This document shows positions 11,991 to 25,818 of a DNA stretch of 64,000 nt, in pieces. Within the stretch, counting starts at the first letter, position 1. Every line of letters begins with the position of its first letter. The position numbers were made by a program, and so were the translations under genes. The stretch lies in assembly GCF_009914755.1 (NCBI RefSeq), contig NC_060938.1; one strand, given 5' to 3'. The DNA is from the human T2T-CHM13v2.0 reference genome, Homo sapiens. The notes under the pieces are model-generated. The model was not told where the DNA came from. It worked only from the letters and a program-made list of their open reading frames with translations, and made no database searches.

Positions 11991-14699
11991 AGAGAAAATC
12001 TGAGTTTTAACTTAGTTAAATTAAAAAAAAAAATCCTTGCCAAACTGAATTTTAAATTGAGTAAATGTTTATTGGGGTATTAAAATGTCTTAAGGGAAAT
12101 TTTGTTTAAAATATTGGAAGTAGTTTTGCCACATAGAAATCTTGGGACATCTTGTGTCTTAAGGCAAAATTCTGGAGTATGAGATTTGTTTTTAAAATAT
12201 AAAGACACCAGGATAAGAAAATACAGAAATTTTTGTAAATGGTTGCTTTACTTTTAAAACTATGTAATACAGAAAGCCTAAAGGTCTGAAGCATGCTCTA
12301 TGCAGTTTTCATATTTGTGTGGGGTCTGGTAAAAAGACTCAAATTGTAGACTTCAATCCCTCACATTTAGGATATTTTAATAATCTGATTCAGTTGCAGT
12401 GATAAAGCATATTGACCATGGAAGATGATGAGGATAGCCTGGCCCCCACAAATAAGGAAAAATACCTTATTTTCCTGCCCTCAATAGCCCCACCTTCCCA
12501 TATTGAAGCTCATGTCCTTGGTTCACACCTCCTGACTTTTGCAATAGTGTTTCCCACCTTGAAGTGCTTTTATCTTCTTATACTTGGGAAATGTCCATCT
12601 ATCCTTCAAGATCTAGCATAAACATCACCTTCTCTGAATGAGGTTGGTTTCTTCCAGTCTAGTCCTGTGAGTTTAGCTTCCCTAGAGCCAGGGACTCTGG
12701 TCAATGCTGGGGGAGAACAAAGACCCAAGGTCTTTTAATAGGCTCCAAGGGTTCCAGAGCCTGTAGGCAGCTTGGGGCACTGAGGAAACTCCAGGGCCAT
12801 CTTCCAGCCTTCTCTTTGTCTGGTAGCTCAGACTCCTTTGAAAAGCAAACATGCCTCCTTCTACTTATTTTGTTTAGGGTCAGAATATTGCCTGGCACAT
12901 AGTCTGTAATTTTTAATGTTTGTGGAAGCAAGTACTGCAGTAACTTATTTCAAATCCATTCTGTATCTTCAAATCAACTTGGCATGGCTTTTGTTTGTTT
13001 GTTTGTTTGTTTAACTGGTTTTGATTGTACCAGGATAGCTGAACCAGATATCAATTACAGATACCAGCTGGGGGAAAAAAAAACAACTCCATCTCCCACC
13101 CCCAACTTTTTTAATGCAAATACGATTGTGTGCATATGATTTTAGAATGAATAGAAATGAATTTATCAGCTCCATGTGTTTTCCAAGATAATATGAATGA
13201 GGTAGTGTTGAGGACAGGGATATCCTGCAAAGAAGGTTTAACCCCCAATCTCTTGGGCATCTTGTCCATTCAGTTCCCAAAGCCAAATGCTAGTCACAGT
13301 TCTTTGGCCATAAATTGAGAGTTATCCCCTTGAAAGCTACGATTCCAGTGGTGTTTTGTGCATGTTGCCTAGTGTGAGATCCAGATAGATCACATTTTCA
13401 CACTTACCCATCTGCCACCGCCTGCCTCTCAAAAAGCCACTCAGTCATACTCTTTCAAGAGTCCTGGCTGCCACGGGAATGTATTTTGAAAATGAAATAA
13501 GAACAAAAGACGAGTGAGCCCCCTCCCCAGCCCGCTCCAGGCAAGGTCAGAGGCAGAGACGAGGCCGTGAGCTTTGGTCCCATGGCTGCCCTTCCCTCTG
13601 CTCCTCACAGACGATCTCTGCCTGAGGATAATTTGGAAAGAAACTTTTGCTCCTGCTGGGTTATGGTGGAAGCTATTCACATACTCTAAGAAGAAATCCT
13701 GAGTGAGTTGGGTGCCTCACATGAATTGTAATTTTTTGTTTCCATTTGGTTTCAGTAATTATGACTTTGACATTGCCATGCATTCATCAGTGACACTGTG
13801 CCTCCTTTGTTCTCTACAACAGGCAAACAGTTGAGAGAAGATGTTCTAGGAGGGGACCTAGGTTCCCAAGGAAGAGAAGGAAGTAAACACAACTCACAGG
13901 AGGCGACAGGAAGGGAAGCACCGGAGCTGAAAGCACACGACATTCTGCAACAATAGAATCAGAAACGGGAACTGCTGTTGCTTCTGGGTTCTTGAAACCA
14001 TGTTAGAATGTGGGGCGACTTGCATTTGTCCCTTTGGCTGAAGTGAGCTTTTATCCTGAATCAAAATCCACAGGCCGGTTTGGTGTTGTTGCTATTGTTT
14101 TCTTTGCCTTCTTTTTTTTTTTTTTAATTTTCTTTCCTTTTTTAGTTCTTATAATGCTAAAGCAGAGAATACATGAGTGCACACTAAACAACCAACACAC
14201 CACAGCTCTTTGCCTCTTGTGTATTTTAGTGAGGCAGTGTTTTAGTGGGCATAGGCTATTTGAGAAAATGCGGGCTTTCAACCCAGAAGTGGGGTCCAGC
14301 CCTTGCAGAATCTCCTGTGGAGGAGCTGTGTGACCTGGGCACATGTGGAGCTTCATTTCATTTGTTCATTAGCGACATAGAGGTAATAAGACCGACTTCC
14401 TGGCATTGTTGAGCTGATGAGTGAAAAATCAGTCAAGCATGATTACCACAATGGCTGCCACTGGGTAACCTTGCAGAAAGTGGATCTTGCTTTTATCCAC
14501 ATTCTCTTTACTTAAATAAAAATAAAAATACCTTCTGGAAATAGTTTAGTCCATCTATTTAATTAAATGTCCAGGAAGGGAGTAGCTAATATCCACAAGC
14601 TCCCTACCTACCTCCATTCCTCTCCTCTCGGTCTGGGAAGAATGTACAGAAGAGGGGTTACACTCTTTCTAATGTCTGGATTCCTATCAAGCACATACA

Positions 14700-15130
14700 A
14701 TGCTTAGATTCATGGACAAACTCCCTGAGGTCACAAGTGGTCCCTGCCAGTGTGATTCAGATCATCCCTGCCTAGCCCTGTCATGCTCCGGGTTTCCCTG
14801 ACACACTTGCTCTCAGGTTCCTGGCCAGATCTTCTATTGGGAGGCACTATTGGAGCTAGAGGGTGAGAAGAAGGGAGAGGGGAGAACACACTTCCCCCTC
14901 CCCTTCCCTGAGCAGCTTCAGCAATGGCGGTGTCTCATGCTGACTCCCTGTCCAGCAGATGATCCTCTCTTGATGATCCTGGCTCCCTGGCAGACCCTGT
15001 TGTGCCTGCTTCTTGTTTGAAACGACTTCCTCCACCCTCCCTCATGTGTGTTACTAATTTCCATTCTAAATCCCATCCTTTTGAGATGCCTAGAGTGGGT
15101 TCTGTTTTTTTGCCTAGACCTTGAATTTTA
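14700..15130 (+). mobile_element. LTR33-like ERVL LTR
   Basis: ctattgggaggcactattggagctagagggtgagaagaagggag and terminal tgggttctgttttt...gacc motifs. Confidence 0.55.
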
Positions 15131-15439
15131 CTGTGAAGATGTATTTGGACATGGACTTGAAACTACGATAAGCCAAAGAAACTCTCTTCATAGTCCCCTC
15201 TTTCTACCTCTGTCCGAAGCCACCTGAAAAGCTTTAAGAACATATGGTCACTCTCTTTCACTTTGCTCTGCACATTTGCTTGGGCCTTGCCAGCAGCTGA
15301 GAAACCTCGGAATTCTGGAGACATTCAGGATGGAGCCAGAGGTGGGCACATGATCCAGCTGTTCTCATGAGGCTGCTCTGGCTTTTCTGGATCTAGTGTG
15401 ACTAGGTTTGCTGAAGTGGCAGGTCCTCTACACCTGTAG

Positions 15440-15750
15440 TTTTGGGTTTGTTTGTTTGTTTTGAGACAGAGTCTTGCTCTATCCCCCAGGAGGGTGTGCA
15501 ATGGCACAATCTCGGCTCACTGCAACCTCTGACTCCTGAGTTCAAATGATTCTCATGCCTCAGCATCCCGAATAGCTGGGATTACAGGCGTGTGCCACCA
15601 CACCCAGCTAATTTTTTTATTTTTTTTTTAAGTAGAGACAGGGTTTTGCCATGTTTGCTAGGCTGGTCTCAAACTCCTGGCCTCAAGTGATCTGCCTGCC
15701 TCTGCTTCCCAAAGTGCTGGAGTTACAGGAGTGAGCCACAACACCCAGTC
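15440..15750 (-). mobile_element. AluS/J (antisense)
   Basis: Reverse-complement Alu with (TTTG)n tail; TSD core acacctgt on both sides. Confidence 0.92.
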
Positions 15751-16559
15751 CACACCTGTGTTTTGTGTCTCCATCAGAGTCCCTCTGCATCCTCTGGAAA
15801 TGCTTCCCTCTCATATACTGATGTCAAAAATATCAGCAATCAGAAGATGAGTTCACTTTGAGGAGTGAGGCTAACCAGAGTTGAAAATAAAGCATTTGAC
15901 AGGCTGAATCTTTGGCCTGACTCTGTTACAACTTGCTTCCTGGCCTTGGATAAGTCATTTCCCCGCTCCAGAAGTACAGATTATTGAAGCAAGAGAAAAG
16001 AAACTTAAGAAACCTGAGAAGCACCATGAATGGCTGGATTCCTCATGGGTCCCTGTTTTGCTGTTGCTGCACCAGCTCAGGATCATGATGTATGACTCTG
16101 CTTTTGTGACTCAAGTTTTCATGGGGCTATATTTCCCTACCAGCTTGACCATTATAGAAACCAAATGTGACCTGCCATCAGAAAGGCAGTCTTCTTGCTT
16201 CACACAGAGCAGATGCAGCCCCAAGTATTCAGAGGAACAAAAGGTTAGAGAAATAGAGTAACGCAAAGTGAGCTGCTTTGGCCCTGTGCTAAATCCTTTG
16301 TGAATTTCCTGACTCAGTAACGACTCAAGGCATTTCTATAAGACACGTGAGTGCTTGGTGTTTACAAAGGTAGAGAGAGTCCCTCAGGGTGGTAAAAGGA
16401 TACACTAAAAGTAAAAGTCACACAGCAATAGAAAGGAGAGATAAACCCTGAGCTGTCTGCCTTCCAATCCCAGCATCTTCCTGCTGTGCCAGGTTCTCAC
16501 TGGTGTCAAATCTCAGCTCTTCAGTGAGGATACTGTCTGGCATTTAAAAAGCATTCGGT

Positions 16560-16854
16560 AGCCAGGCACGGTGGCTCACGCCTGTAATCCCAGCACTTTG
16601 GGAGGCCAAGGCGGGCAGATCACAAGGTCAGGAAATCGAGACCATCCTGGCTAACACAGTGAAACCCCATCTCTACTAAAAATACAAAAAAAAATTAGCC
16701 AGGCATGGTGGCAGGTGCCTGTAGTCCCAGCTACTCACGAGGCTGAGGCAGGAAAATCACTGGAACCCGGGAGGCAGAGGTTGCAGTGAGCCAAGATGAT
16801 GTCACTGTCACTGAACTCAAGCCTGGGCAACAGAATGAGACACTATCTCAAAAA

Positions 16855-16889
<35 letters not shown>

Positions 16890-16890
16890 A
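16560..16890 (+). mobile_element. AluSc/Y-like with (TAAA)n tail
   Basis: atcgagaccatcctggctaacac; tail (TAAA)n. Confidence 0.93.
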
Positions 16891-17000
16891 TATTTGCAAA
16901 GCAGAAAACAACTATTCCTTGTGGGGAAAAACATCTCTGAAACCTCTTTCAATGTCATTGTTTTCTAATTGAGGAACTGAGCCTAGCTCTGTTCGCAGAG

Positions 17001-17324
17001 TTTATTTTTATTTTTATTATTTATTTAGAGATGAGGTTTCACTATCTTGCCCAGGCTGGAGTGCAGTGGCTAATCACAGGCATGATCCCACTACTGATCA
17101 GCATGGAAGTTTCACCTTCTCCACTTCTGACCTGGGCCAGTTCAGCCCTCCTTAGGTAACCTGGTGGTTCCCTGTTCTCGGGAGGTCACTATATTGATGC
17201 TGAACTTAGTGTGGATGCCTAATAAGCATAGCACACTACAGCTCAGAACTCCTGGATTCAAGCAATCTTCCTGCCTCAGCCTCCCAAGTAGTTGGGACTA
17301 CAGGTGCCTGCCACCACACCTGGC
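17001..17324 (-). pseudogene. Full-length 7SL (SRP RNA, RN7SL family) retropseudogene with A-rich tail
   Basis: Reverse complement of 17027-17324 follows 7SL end to end, including the S-domain absent from Alu (cactaagttcagcatcaatatagtgacctcccgagaacagggaaccaccaggttacctaaggagggctgaactggcccaggtc...gctgatcagtagtgggatc); tail 17001-17026. Locus number cannot be assigned from sequence. Confidence 0.95.
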
Positions 17325-17394
17325 ACAGCTCTTTTTCATTAACAATGTTTTGGACAGGCGGTGCTCCATCCAAAGACTAGAGAAGCATCCCCAT

Positions 17395-17698
17395 TGTGAT
17401 GGTGGTAGGAGGTGGTCTTCAGGAGGTGATTGAGTGATAAGGGAGAAGCCCTCATCAATAGTATTAGTGCCCACATAAAAGAGGCCCCAGAGAGCTCCCA
17501 TGTCCCTTTGGCCATGTGAAGACACAGTGAGAAGTCACCATCTCTGAACCAAGAAGCAGGCCGCCAGCATACACCAAATCTACTGGTGCCTTGACCTTGG
17601 AGTTTTCAGCCCCAAGAACTGTGAAAAATAAATTCCTGTTATTTATAAGCCACACAGTTTCCAGTACTTTGTTACAGTGTCCCAAACACACTAAGAAA
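17395..17698 (+). mobile_element. MLT1A-type LTR (5' truncated)
   Basis: gaggtgattgagtgataagggagaagccctcat...aagaactgtgaaaaataaattcctgttatttataagccac. Confidence 0.85.
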
Positions 17699-19937
17699 GG
17701 GGGCATGCTGAGATCTAGTCAGATTTGCTGAGAAGATTTAAGAAAAGCAATACAATGTTTGCTATAATGAATACAGCAAATGTTACATAAGTAATATGTC
17801 TTATTATTATTATATAGGAAACATGTTATTAGTAAAAGAATACTCACAGATATCATCCCTTTCTGATTACACTCAAAGAATCCAATCAGTAGCCCCCAAA
17901 TTTTCTCCTTCCAAAAAGAAAGATGTTAAGGAACATCTTTTTTCCGGAGAGAAAAAAAGATAAGTGGGTCTACATTTTAAGGGCTGAGAGATTTGGGAGA
18001 GAATAGAAGGTAGAAAAAGAGTCACATGGACAGGAAACAGATGAGAAGGTGTTTTATTTAGTTTATTACATGAAGATGTGTTTAAGAAGAGTGGCATTGT
18101 ATGAAAGGCAGGAAGGAAGATGGGGAAAAGGAGATGAAGACGATGCTGGTAAATGTTCTCTGAACTATACTCGGATCACTTTTAATCAGGCACAAGAACA
18201 TCAAGGAGAGAATAGAAATCTTTTGAATTACTTTTGGTTTTTAAACTTCTTGGACACAATGAGACTGCATGAATGAACTCTGTGTGTCCCTTCCAGATAA
18301 GAGTTATACTCATTGACCATCATTTTCACGACCTGAACATTTCTGGTAACCGTTTCTGTATATCCTTGCTTTTTTGCCCAGAGAGGGAGAACTCCCTACC
18401 TCAAATACCAGCACATTCTCATTTGTCTTTTACTGGAGAACTGGTAGATCCATTGATGTCAAGAGAAATCCTCCTAGGGCTACGGATTAATAGCAATTGG
18501 CTCATTCAACCTGGAAAAATAAATCAGCCATACTAACTCAATCCCCTCTTCCCCCATCCCACCCCCCCAAGATTCCTCTGACACAGTTATTTATTGAATA
18601 GCCATCAGCTGGCTGTGTTACTCATGGCTGGAGGACTTCAGGGATGGAATGGCAAAGTAGAATTTTGAGGAAACACATTTTAGTAAACAACATCTGGATG
18701 AAGCAAAGAAGAGACAGGAATGTGGTCGGGCATCACCCATGCAGTGACAGATTGCATCTTTAATAAGCAAGCACTTAATTAGAAAAGTAATTTGTAAGCG
18801 GCATTAACGGAATGTGAGTATTCAACTTTGACCAACACACTTGCATCAGAGCCTAGGCTCTGTCACATATGAGCACGAGGTTTATGTTTACAACCTGATG
18901 ATGTCCTCCTGTCTGTGACTTCTTAGTACGTACTCATAATAACTGTGCTGATTAGGAGAATAGTATAAAATATTAGCAAGAAATTTAGAGTTTACAACTA
19001 TCAGCTTCCCCTCCGCTAGCAGTAGGGTAATCAGGAGATGAAGACAGGGACTGGGATATGAGGATGGAGGGGGAACCCCTTACCTGCTATCAGGGTGCAT
19101 TCTGTAAAGAGAAAAATCACAGCCTTGCCAGAAGGAATTCCTAAGTGTTGTCAGAAAAGGATGCCCCAAATGGGCTGTCAATCAAGGGACAAGATGAATT
19201 ACAGACACCAAGGAAATGGAACGTAATTCCAGGCTAAGGTGGAATAGCAAGAAGCCACAAGTAAGGAAAGGAAGCCTGGAGGTGATAAGATCCATTGTAG
19301 ACATGACCTGCCAACATCCTGGAGAAATACTTTATCCTCCCCTAGCTTCCTGGGCTAGGCTTGGGTAAGGCAGCGGTAGTTTCCAATCCCGAATGCAAGG
19401 TAGAATATGTTTTTAAAAAACACTGATGCCAGTGCCTTGGATTTTTGTTATTGCTTCCTGGGTGATTCTCATATAGATCCAGACTTGCAAAGTTGCAACC
19501 CATCAAGTATCTGAAGTAGCCTGGTACAGAGATGGACAGCAGCTATGGAATCAGCCAGATCTGGGTTTGATGCCACATACTTGTAAAAGAGCAAATATAT
19601 ATATAAATATAATTTGCTTATATATATGTGTTTTTTATATATGCAAATTATATTTATATATAAGCAACCATATTTATATATAAGCAAATACGTATAAGGG
19701 TCTGTCTGAGACTTAGTTTTTCCATATGTAACACTGAACAATATTCCCTGCTTAAAACTTGCGTGGGGATTAATGGGACAGCACATGCAAAATTCTGATA
19801 GTTACTGCGATCAATTTTGTACCAGCCTACCCTCCAGTAAAAAATGGCTGTATTAATTCCATAAGGATGTATTAAACACTAAATACATGCTAGGATATTC
19901 TCAGATGAATAAGACAAAAATGGTATGCATTACCTAG

Positions 19938-20130
19938 AATAGTGGTTCTCAGACTTAGCATCCATCATAACCCCCTGGAGGGCCAGTTGAGACAGACTCT
20001 GCCAGCCCCACTCCTGAGTTTCTCCTTCAGTGGGCTTGGGGTATAAACCCACAATTAACATTCCTAAGAAATACCCTATTGATCCTGCTGCTACAAGTCG
20101 GGGGACTCCACTTTGAGAAGCATCGTCCTA
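19938..20130. mobile_element. MER5A/B MITE
   Basis: agtggttctcagacttagc...cactttgagaagca termini. Confidence 0.7.
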
Positions 20131-20867
20131 GGAAAGGGCAGACCATTAGAAACAATAGGCAGTTCGATCAGCGGTTTTGCAAAATGGGATAAGCTCTGTG
20201 AATGGGGAATGTTGGGAGGGACTCTAAGGAGCAAAGTGCAAGGAGGAGACAACACTGAACCTAGCTGAGGGAACAGGAATACCAAGGAAGGCCTCCTAGG
20301 AAAAGTTCAGGATGAGAAGGAGTTAGGGAGAGAGAGGAGGAAGCGGAAGCGTGTCCAGGTGGAGGGCATTGGCCCCATCAAGAACATGAGGAAGAGCTTC
20401 TGTGGGGTGTCTGGGGGCCTGGGGAACTTTCCTATCCTTGGAACATGGACTGGGGGAAATAAGCGATGCTGAAGGCAGACAGGCAGCAGGTGAAGCTGCC
20501 GAGGAGTTCATGCTTGTAAGCCACTCATGAGGAGGCAGACGGGAGGCCATGGGGGAGCCAAGGAGGGCATAGAGCAGTCAGCTGTGTAAAGGCCTCCATG
20601 TCTGCCCCAGGGGAATTAAACGGGAGACGGAAACTGGAGGAGGCCTTCTGCTCTCGGAGGGCCATTAGGCTGGCTTGATTCAAGCCATTTCACCTTATTA
20701 AAAGGGATTGGCTTTACAGAAAAGGTAAAGGCTCTAGTCCACCTACAAGGAAACTTACATTACAAAAGAGGGACTCCTTCTGAGTCTCAGGACCTCAAAA
20801 ACTTCATGGACAATTTCTGAGAAGTTGGAGAGAGAAGCCTGGAAGGGAAACCGGAGACAGCACATGG

Positions 20868-21175
20868 AGTCGGCCCCCTTTACTACCTGTGGATACCACA
20901 TCCATGGATTCAACCACTTGCAGATCAAAATTATCCAAAAAATGACACCTGTACTGAGCAGGTACAGGCCTTTTTTTCTTGTCATTTTTCCCTAAGCATT
21001 GTAAATGATTTACATACCATTTATATTATATTAAGTATTATAAGTAATCTAGAGGTAATTTAAAGTACATCATATGAAAGAATGTGTGTAGGTTATATGC
21101 AAATACTACACCTTTTCATATCAGAGGCTTAAGCACCTGAGGATTTTGGTTCCAAGGTAAACCCAGGGACAACTA
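20868..21175 (-). mobile_element. MER2 (Tigger-family MITE)
   Basis: catccatggattcaacc...tattataagtaatctagaggtaatttaaagta...aggttatatgcaaatactac. Confidence 0.85.
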
Positions 21176-21201
21176 TCTTCTAGTCCCACATGGAAGGTTG
21201 A

Positions 21202-21651
21202 TGTATTAGTGTCCTATTGCTATGGTAAGTGATACCACAAACTTAGGGGCTAACAAACAACACAAGCGTATTTTCTTACAATTCTGAATGTCAAGAATCC
21301 TAATATCAATGTGCCACAGGACTTCATTTCTTCTGAAGGTTCAGGGAATAATCCGTTTCCTTGACCTCTCCAACCTCCAGAGGCTGCCCACACTCCTTGG
21401 CTCACGGTCTCCTCTTGGCAATTGCATCACTCTGACCTCTGACCTCTTCTTCTGACATCACCCCACGTCATCTTTTCATAAAGACTCTTGTGATGACATT
21501 AGGCCCACTGGATAATCTGGGATCATCTTCCCATCTCCAGATCCTTCAGTTAATCACATCTGCAAAGTCCCTTTGCTAGTATGATAACATATTTACAAGC
21601 TGCAGAAATTAGGACAAGGACAAATTTAGGAGCCACTCTTCTGCCTATCAC
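21202..21651 (-). mobile_element. MLT1C/D-type LTR
   Basis: tgtattagtgtcctattgct...taatcacatctgcaaagtcccttt...ctgcctatcaca. Confidence 0.85.
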
Positions 21652-21887
21652 AGGGCAAAATGGTACATGGGTGATTATTTGAGAGCACAGTTTGCAACAG
21701 AAATTAAGATGACAAGGCTAAGAATACTAGATTAGGAAAAAATACGTATAACATAAAGTGAAGTCCCTTCTGTGACCTTCTCAAATAGTAAAGTAACTTA
21801 TTAGGACAGAATTTAGTCAGTCTTCTCTGCAATGACCAATGGACTGATTTTATTTCTCCTTCACTTATTTGATGCTTTAAAGCCCAG

Positions 21888-22066
21888 CTTTTCTTTCTTC
21901 CTTTCTTCCTTTTTTCTTTCCTGCCTGCCTGCCTTCCTTTCCTTCCTTCCTTCCCTCCTTCCACTTTCCCTTCCTTCCTTTCTTCCATTTTTCTTTCCTT
22001 CCTTTCTTCTATTTTTCCTTCCTCCCTCCCTTCCTTCCTTCTTTCCTTCCATTTTTCCTTCCTTTT
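21888..22066. repeat. CT-rich (CCTT)n low-complexity tract
   Basis: Directly visible. Confidence 0.9.
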
Positions 22067-24800
22067 CAGATACTCTTTCAGTTAGTTCTGATGTCAAGGC
22101 TTTAGAAGCCGTACACAAATAGCTATGTGACAGGACCTAAGATGACAAACTTATTTTTCAATAGTATAAAATGTTTTGGAAATTCCCTGCAGCATCCAAA
22201 CTTTTACTTGCATTAAAAAAGAAACTGAAATTGTAGATTTTATCTTTTCATTTTTTTCTCTACATTGGTCTCTTACTTTTAGAGTTCACTTTCACGTAGC
22301 TTTAAAAAACTTATTTTTTTCCATTGGAAATTATCTCCACATTTACTAAGTAATTAGTATCTTTTATATTTGTGGCTTACGTTAGTGAGGTTGTGTACAT
22401 GTATTTAACGTCTGAAAACAATTATCTTCATGCAGGATTTTGATGTATCCCCATGGTTAAATTTCATGTGAAATGTTTTTCCACTCCTAAAATAATTTTG
22501 CTAAAGAAAACAAAACATTACTCTTTTCTTGTAATTCAGAAGTGCTTTGCAATGCATGACATGAGTGAGGCAATGAAATTAGGTTATTATAAATTCTTAA
22601 AATTTTGAAGCAAATATGCACTTCTATATGCTCAATGTTATTCTCTTCTATCAAAATCTTTCTGGAGTCTAAAAGTGCATTAAATCCATTTGTGGACAGT
22701 TTGAGAATTTCATTTCTCTGCAAGCTAATGGGAAAGAATATACAGGTGTTGAGAACATAGGATTTCTTGAACAAATGTGAGATTCTCAACAGGAATGCAC
22801 ACACAGAAGAAGTGCAAAGACAGAGAGATGGTTCATTATGGCATACAACTTTGCTCCAAATGTGGATGTCATCTCTGATGAGAGAATTTGGGACCAAGCA
22901 GGCTTGACTTTTCACCAGGCTAAACATGCCTGAATGAAATCCATCTAAGTGGTTTTCTTGTCTCCTTTTACCTAAACTTAATAGTAAGTCCCAGATCTCG
23001 CCACCATGAGTATATGAAGTTTTCTCTATAATAGAGCAGCGGATGAAAAGAAAATAAGGCATTTGACTCCATTCAGGGTTATTTATACACTTTCCCATAG
23101 ACTAAACTCCTGGATAATGTGGCATCATCAGTATCTTTGACTTTAACCAAGACTTAATGACACTCACCCTTGGAAAAAGAGACCAGTGCACCAAGGAATG
23201 GAGACTGTGCGCTTCCTTTGGCAGATGAATCATTGTGAATGCTAAAAAATTCAGGACTTTCACTAACCAAATTTAAATTTTTGTGGGGTCTGAGTGTTTA
23301 TACTAAAGTCAGTTCTAAGTTCCCCATTAGAATACATGTTTTAGGTAATTATAATTAATATCAAATCCCAACTCATTTTAATGATAAATACCATAGATGA
23401 AATGCCATTTCTAAGATGGTAGGTTAAGCATATATTGAAATCTCACTTTCATGTCCCAAAACATATTACAGAAAAGATACAATAAAAATAATTAAATATG
23501 TAAACAAATAAGGTCTGAAATAAGAAAGAGACATTTCTGCAGTCCAGGTATGAAACTATCTTTTCAAAGAGAGAGAGAAAGTAAGGGTCATTGTCATGAG
23601 TAGGGAGTAGAGACATGAAGCCTGGACTCAGGATGAGAAGAGCTTGGCAGGATGGGAGAGGGAGGGAAGGGGCAGGGCATCTGGACCCAGGGTAGAAAGA
23701 GGGCTGGACTGAAGCTGCTACCTATGGCTGGCATGTTCCTATTTGTGCTTCCTGAGATAATCTGAAGATGGACAGGTGCTTCTTGATCGTGAAGAATGTC
23801 TATGAAGATTGTCTTGGGAGGACTCCCAAGGCAGAGCTGTTTGTCATTGCCAAGAGCTCATTGCCCACTCCCACCCCCAAAATCTCAGTCTTCAAATCAT
23901 ATCGTTTGTGGGAGGCTGAAGTAAGGGGTCTATGGCAAATGCCACTGTTGAAGGACAGGAAACACACATGGGGTCACCCTCTTGGTCTAGGGTTGGTGGT
24001 GCCTCCCCTTAGAATATATGAGTGGAGGGCTATGCTCAGCCCTGGTCCTCTGGCACATATTAAAATGTTGGAATGCCCCAAAACCAGTTCCTCAGTTCCT
24101 ACATCTACAGTGTGCTTTTTTTTTTTTTTACAGTGGGATTACATTTTGTAATCCCATCCAGACACCTGACTTTAAATGCCAACTATTTGTTAATAATCTC
24201 CAAAGTTACATTTCTGGGCTTCCCACACCATCAAACACCTAATGTGCATACACACTGCTGACCTGACACAGTGTGATGTCTCAAAGACATCTCAAACCTA
24301 ACTTGCCAAAGCAGGACTCGGAGCTTCCCACCCCAACTCAATCTTCCCTTCCTGGTCAATAGTATCCATTCACTTACTGAAGCCTAAAATCTAGTAGTCA
24401 TGTTTTCTTCTTTTCATTTTCTAGCTCTCTAATCCATCAGCACATGTTGCCAACCCTACCTTCAAATTATATTTCAGGTCCACCACCCTTTCTCCATTTC
24501 TACTGTTATCAATTTAGTCCAGACCTCAGTTGCTTCCTGCTGGGCCCTACTGCAATCAGTTCCTAGCTAGTCTTACTAGACTCCATTGCCATCCTTTCTC
24601 CATACACCATCCAGAAAGATATTTTTTGAAGACATAAATCACAGTGTATCACTGTCCTATTTAAACCCTTTAAAAGCTTGCTATTGTGGTAAGAGTGGTA
24701 TCCACATTCCTTGCCATGCACCACATGGCCCTAACAGACCTGGCCTTTGCCTTTCTTTCTAAATGTACCTTCTTGCTCATGATGATGCTGTATCCACATT

Positions 24801-25427
<627 letters not shown>

Positions 25428-25818
25428 TAGATTTCTTTCTTTCTCTCTCCCTATCTTTTTTAATATGCCACACCTATGCCTTTGTAGAATTTTTGTAATT
25501 ACTATTCACCCTGATTAAAAAGCTTAGTTTCCAGATGTCCCTGTACTTGACTCTTTCTTATTACAAAGGTCTCAGAAACAGAAAAGAACATCATCTGCCT
25601 AAGTAAGGACCTTCTGGATCAACCACCCTAAACAGTCACCCTCTGTTAAATCACCTTGCTTTATTTTCTTCTTATCAAATTTCACTTCTTGGCATTACCT
25701 TCGTAATTCATTGTATTTACTTGTTTATTATGTTTCTCTCTTCAATGGAATACAGGGTCCACAGAGCAGGATACTTCTTGCATGTTTTATCCACCGTAAA
25801 GGTCCCAGGACATTGAAC

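Noticed and set aside
18767-18778. AAGCACTTA as a miR-302/372-family gene or target
   Set aside because: Only the seed-length match is present. No matching mature sequence or precursor hairpin, and no evidence of a 3' UTR.
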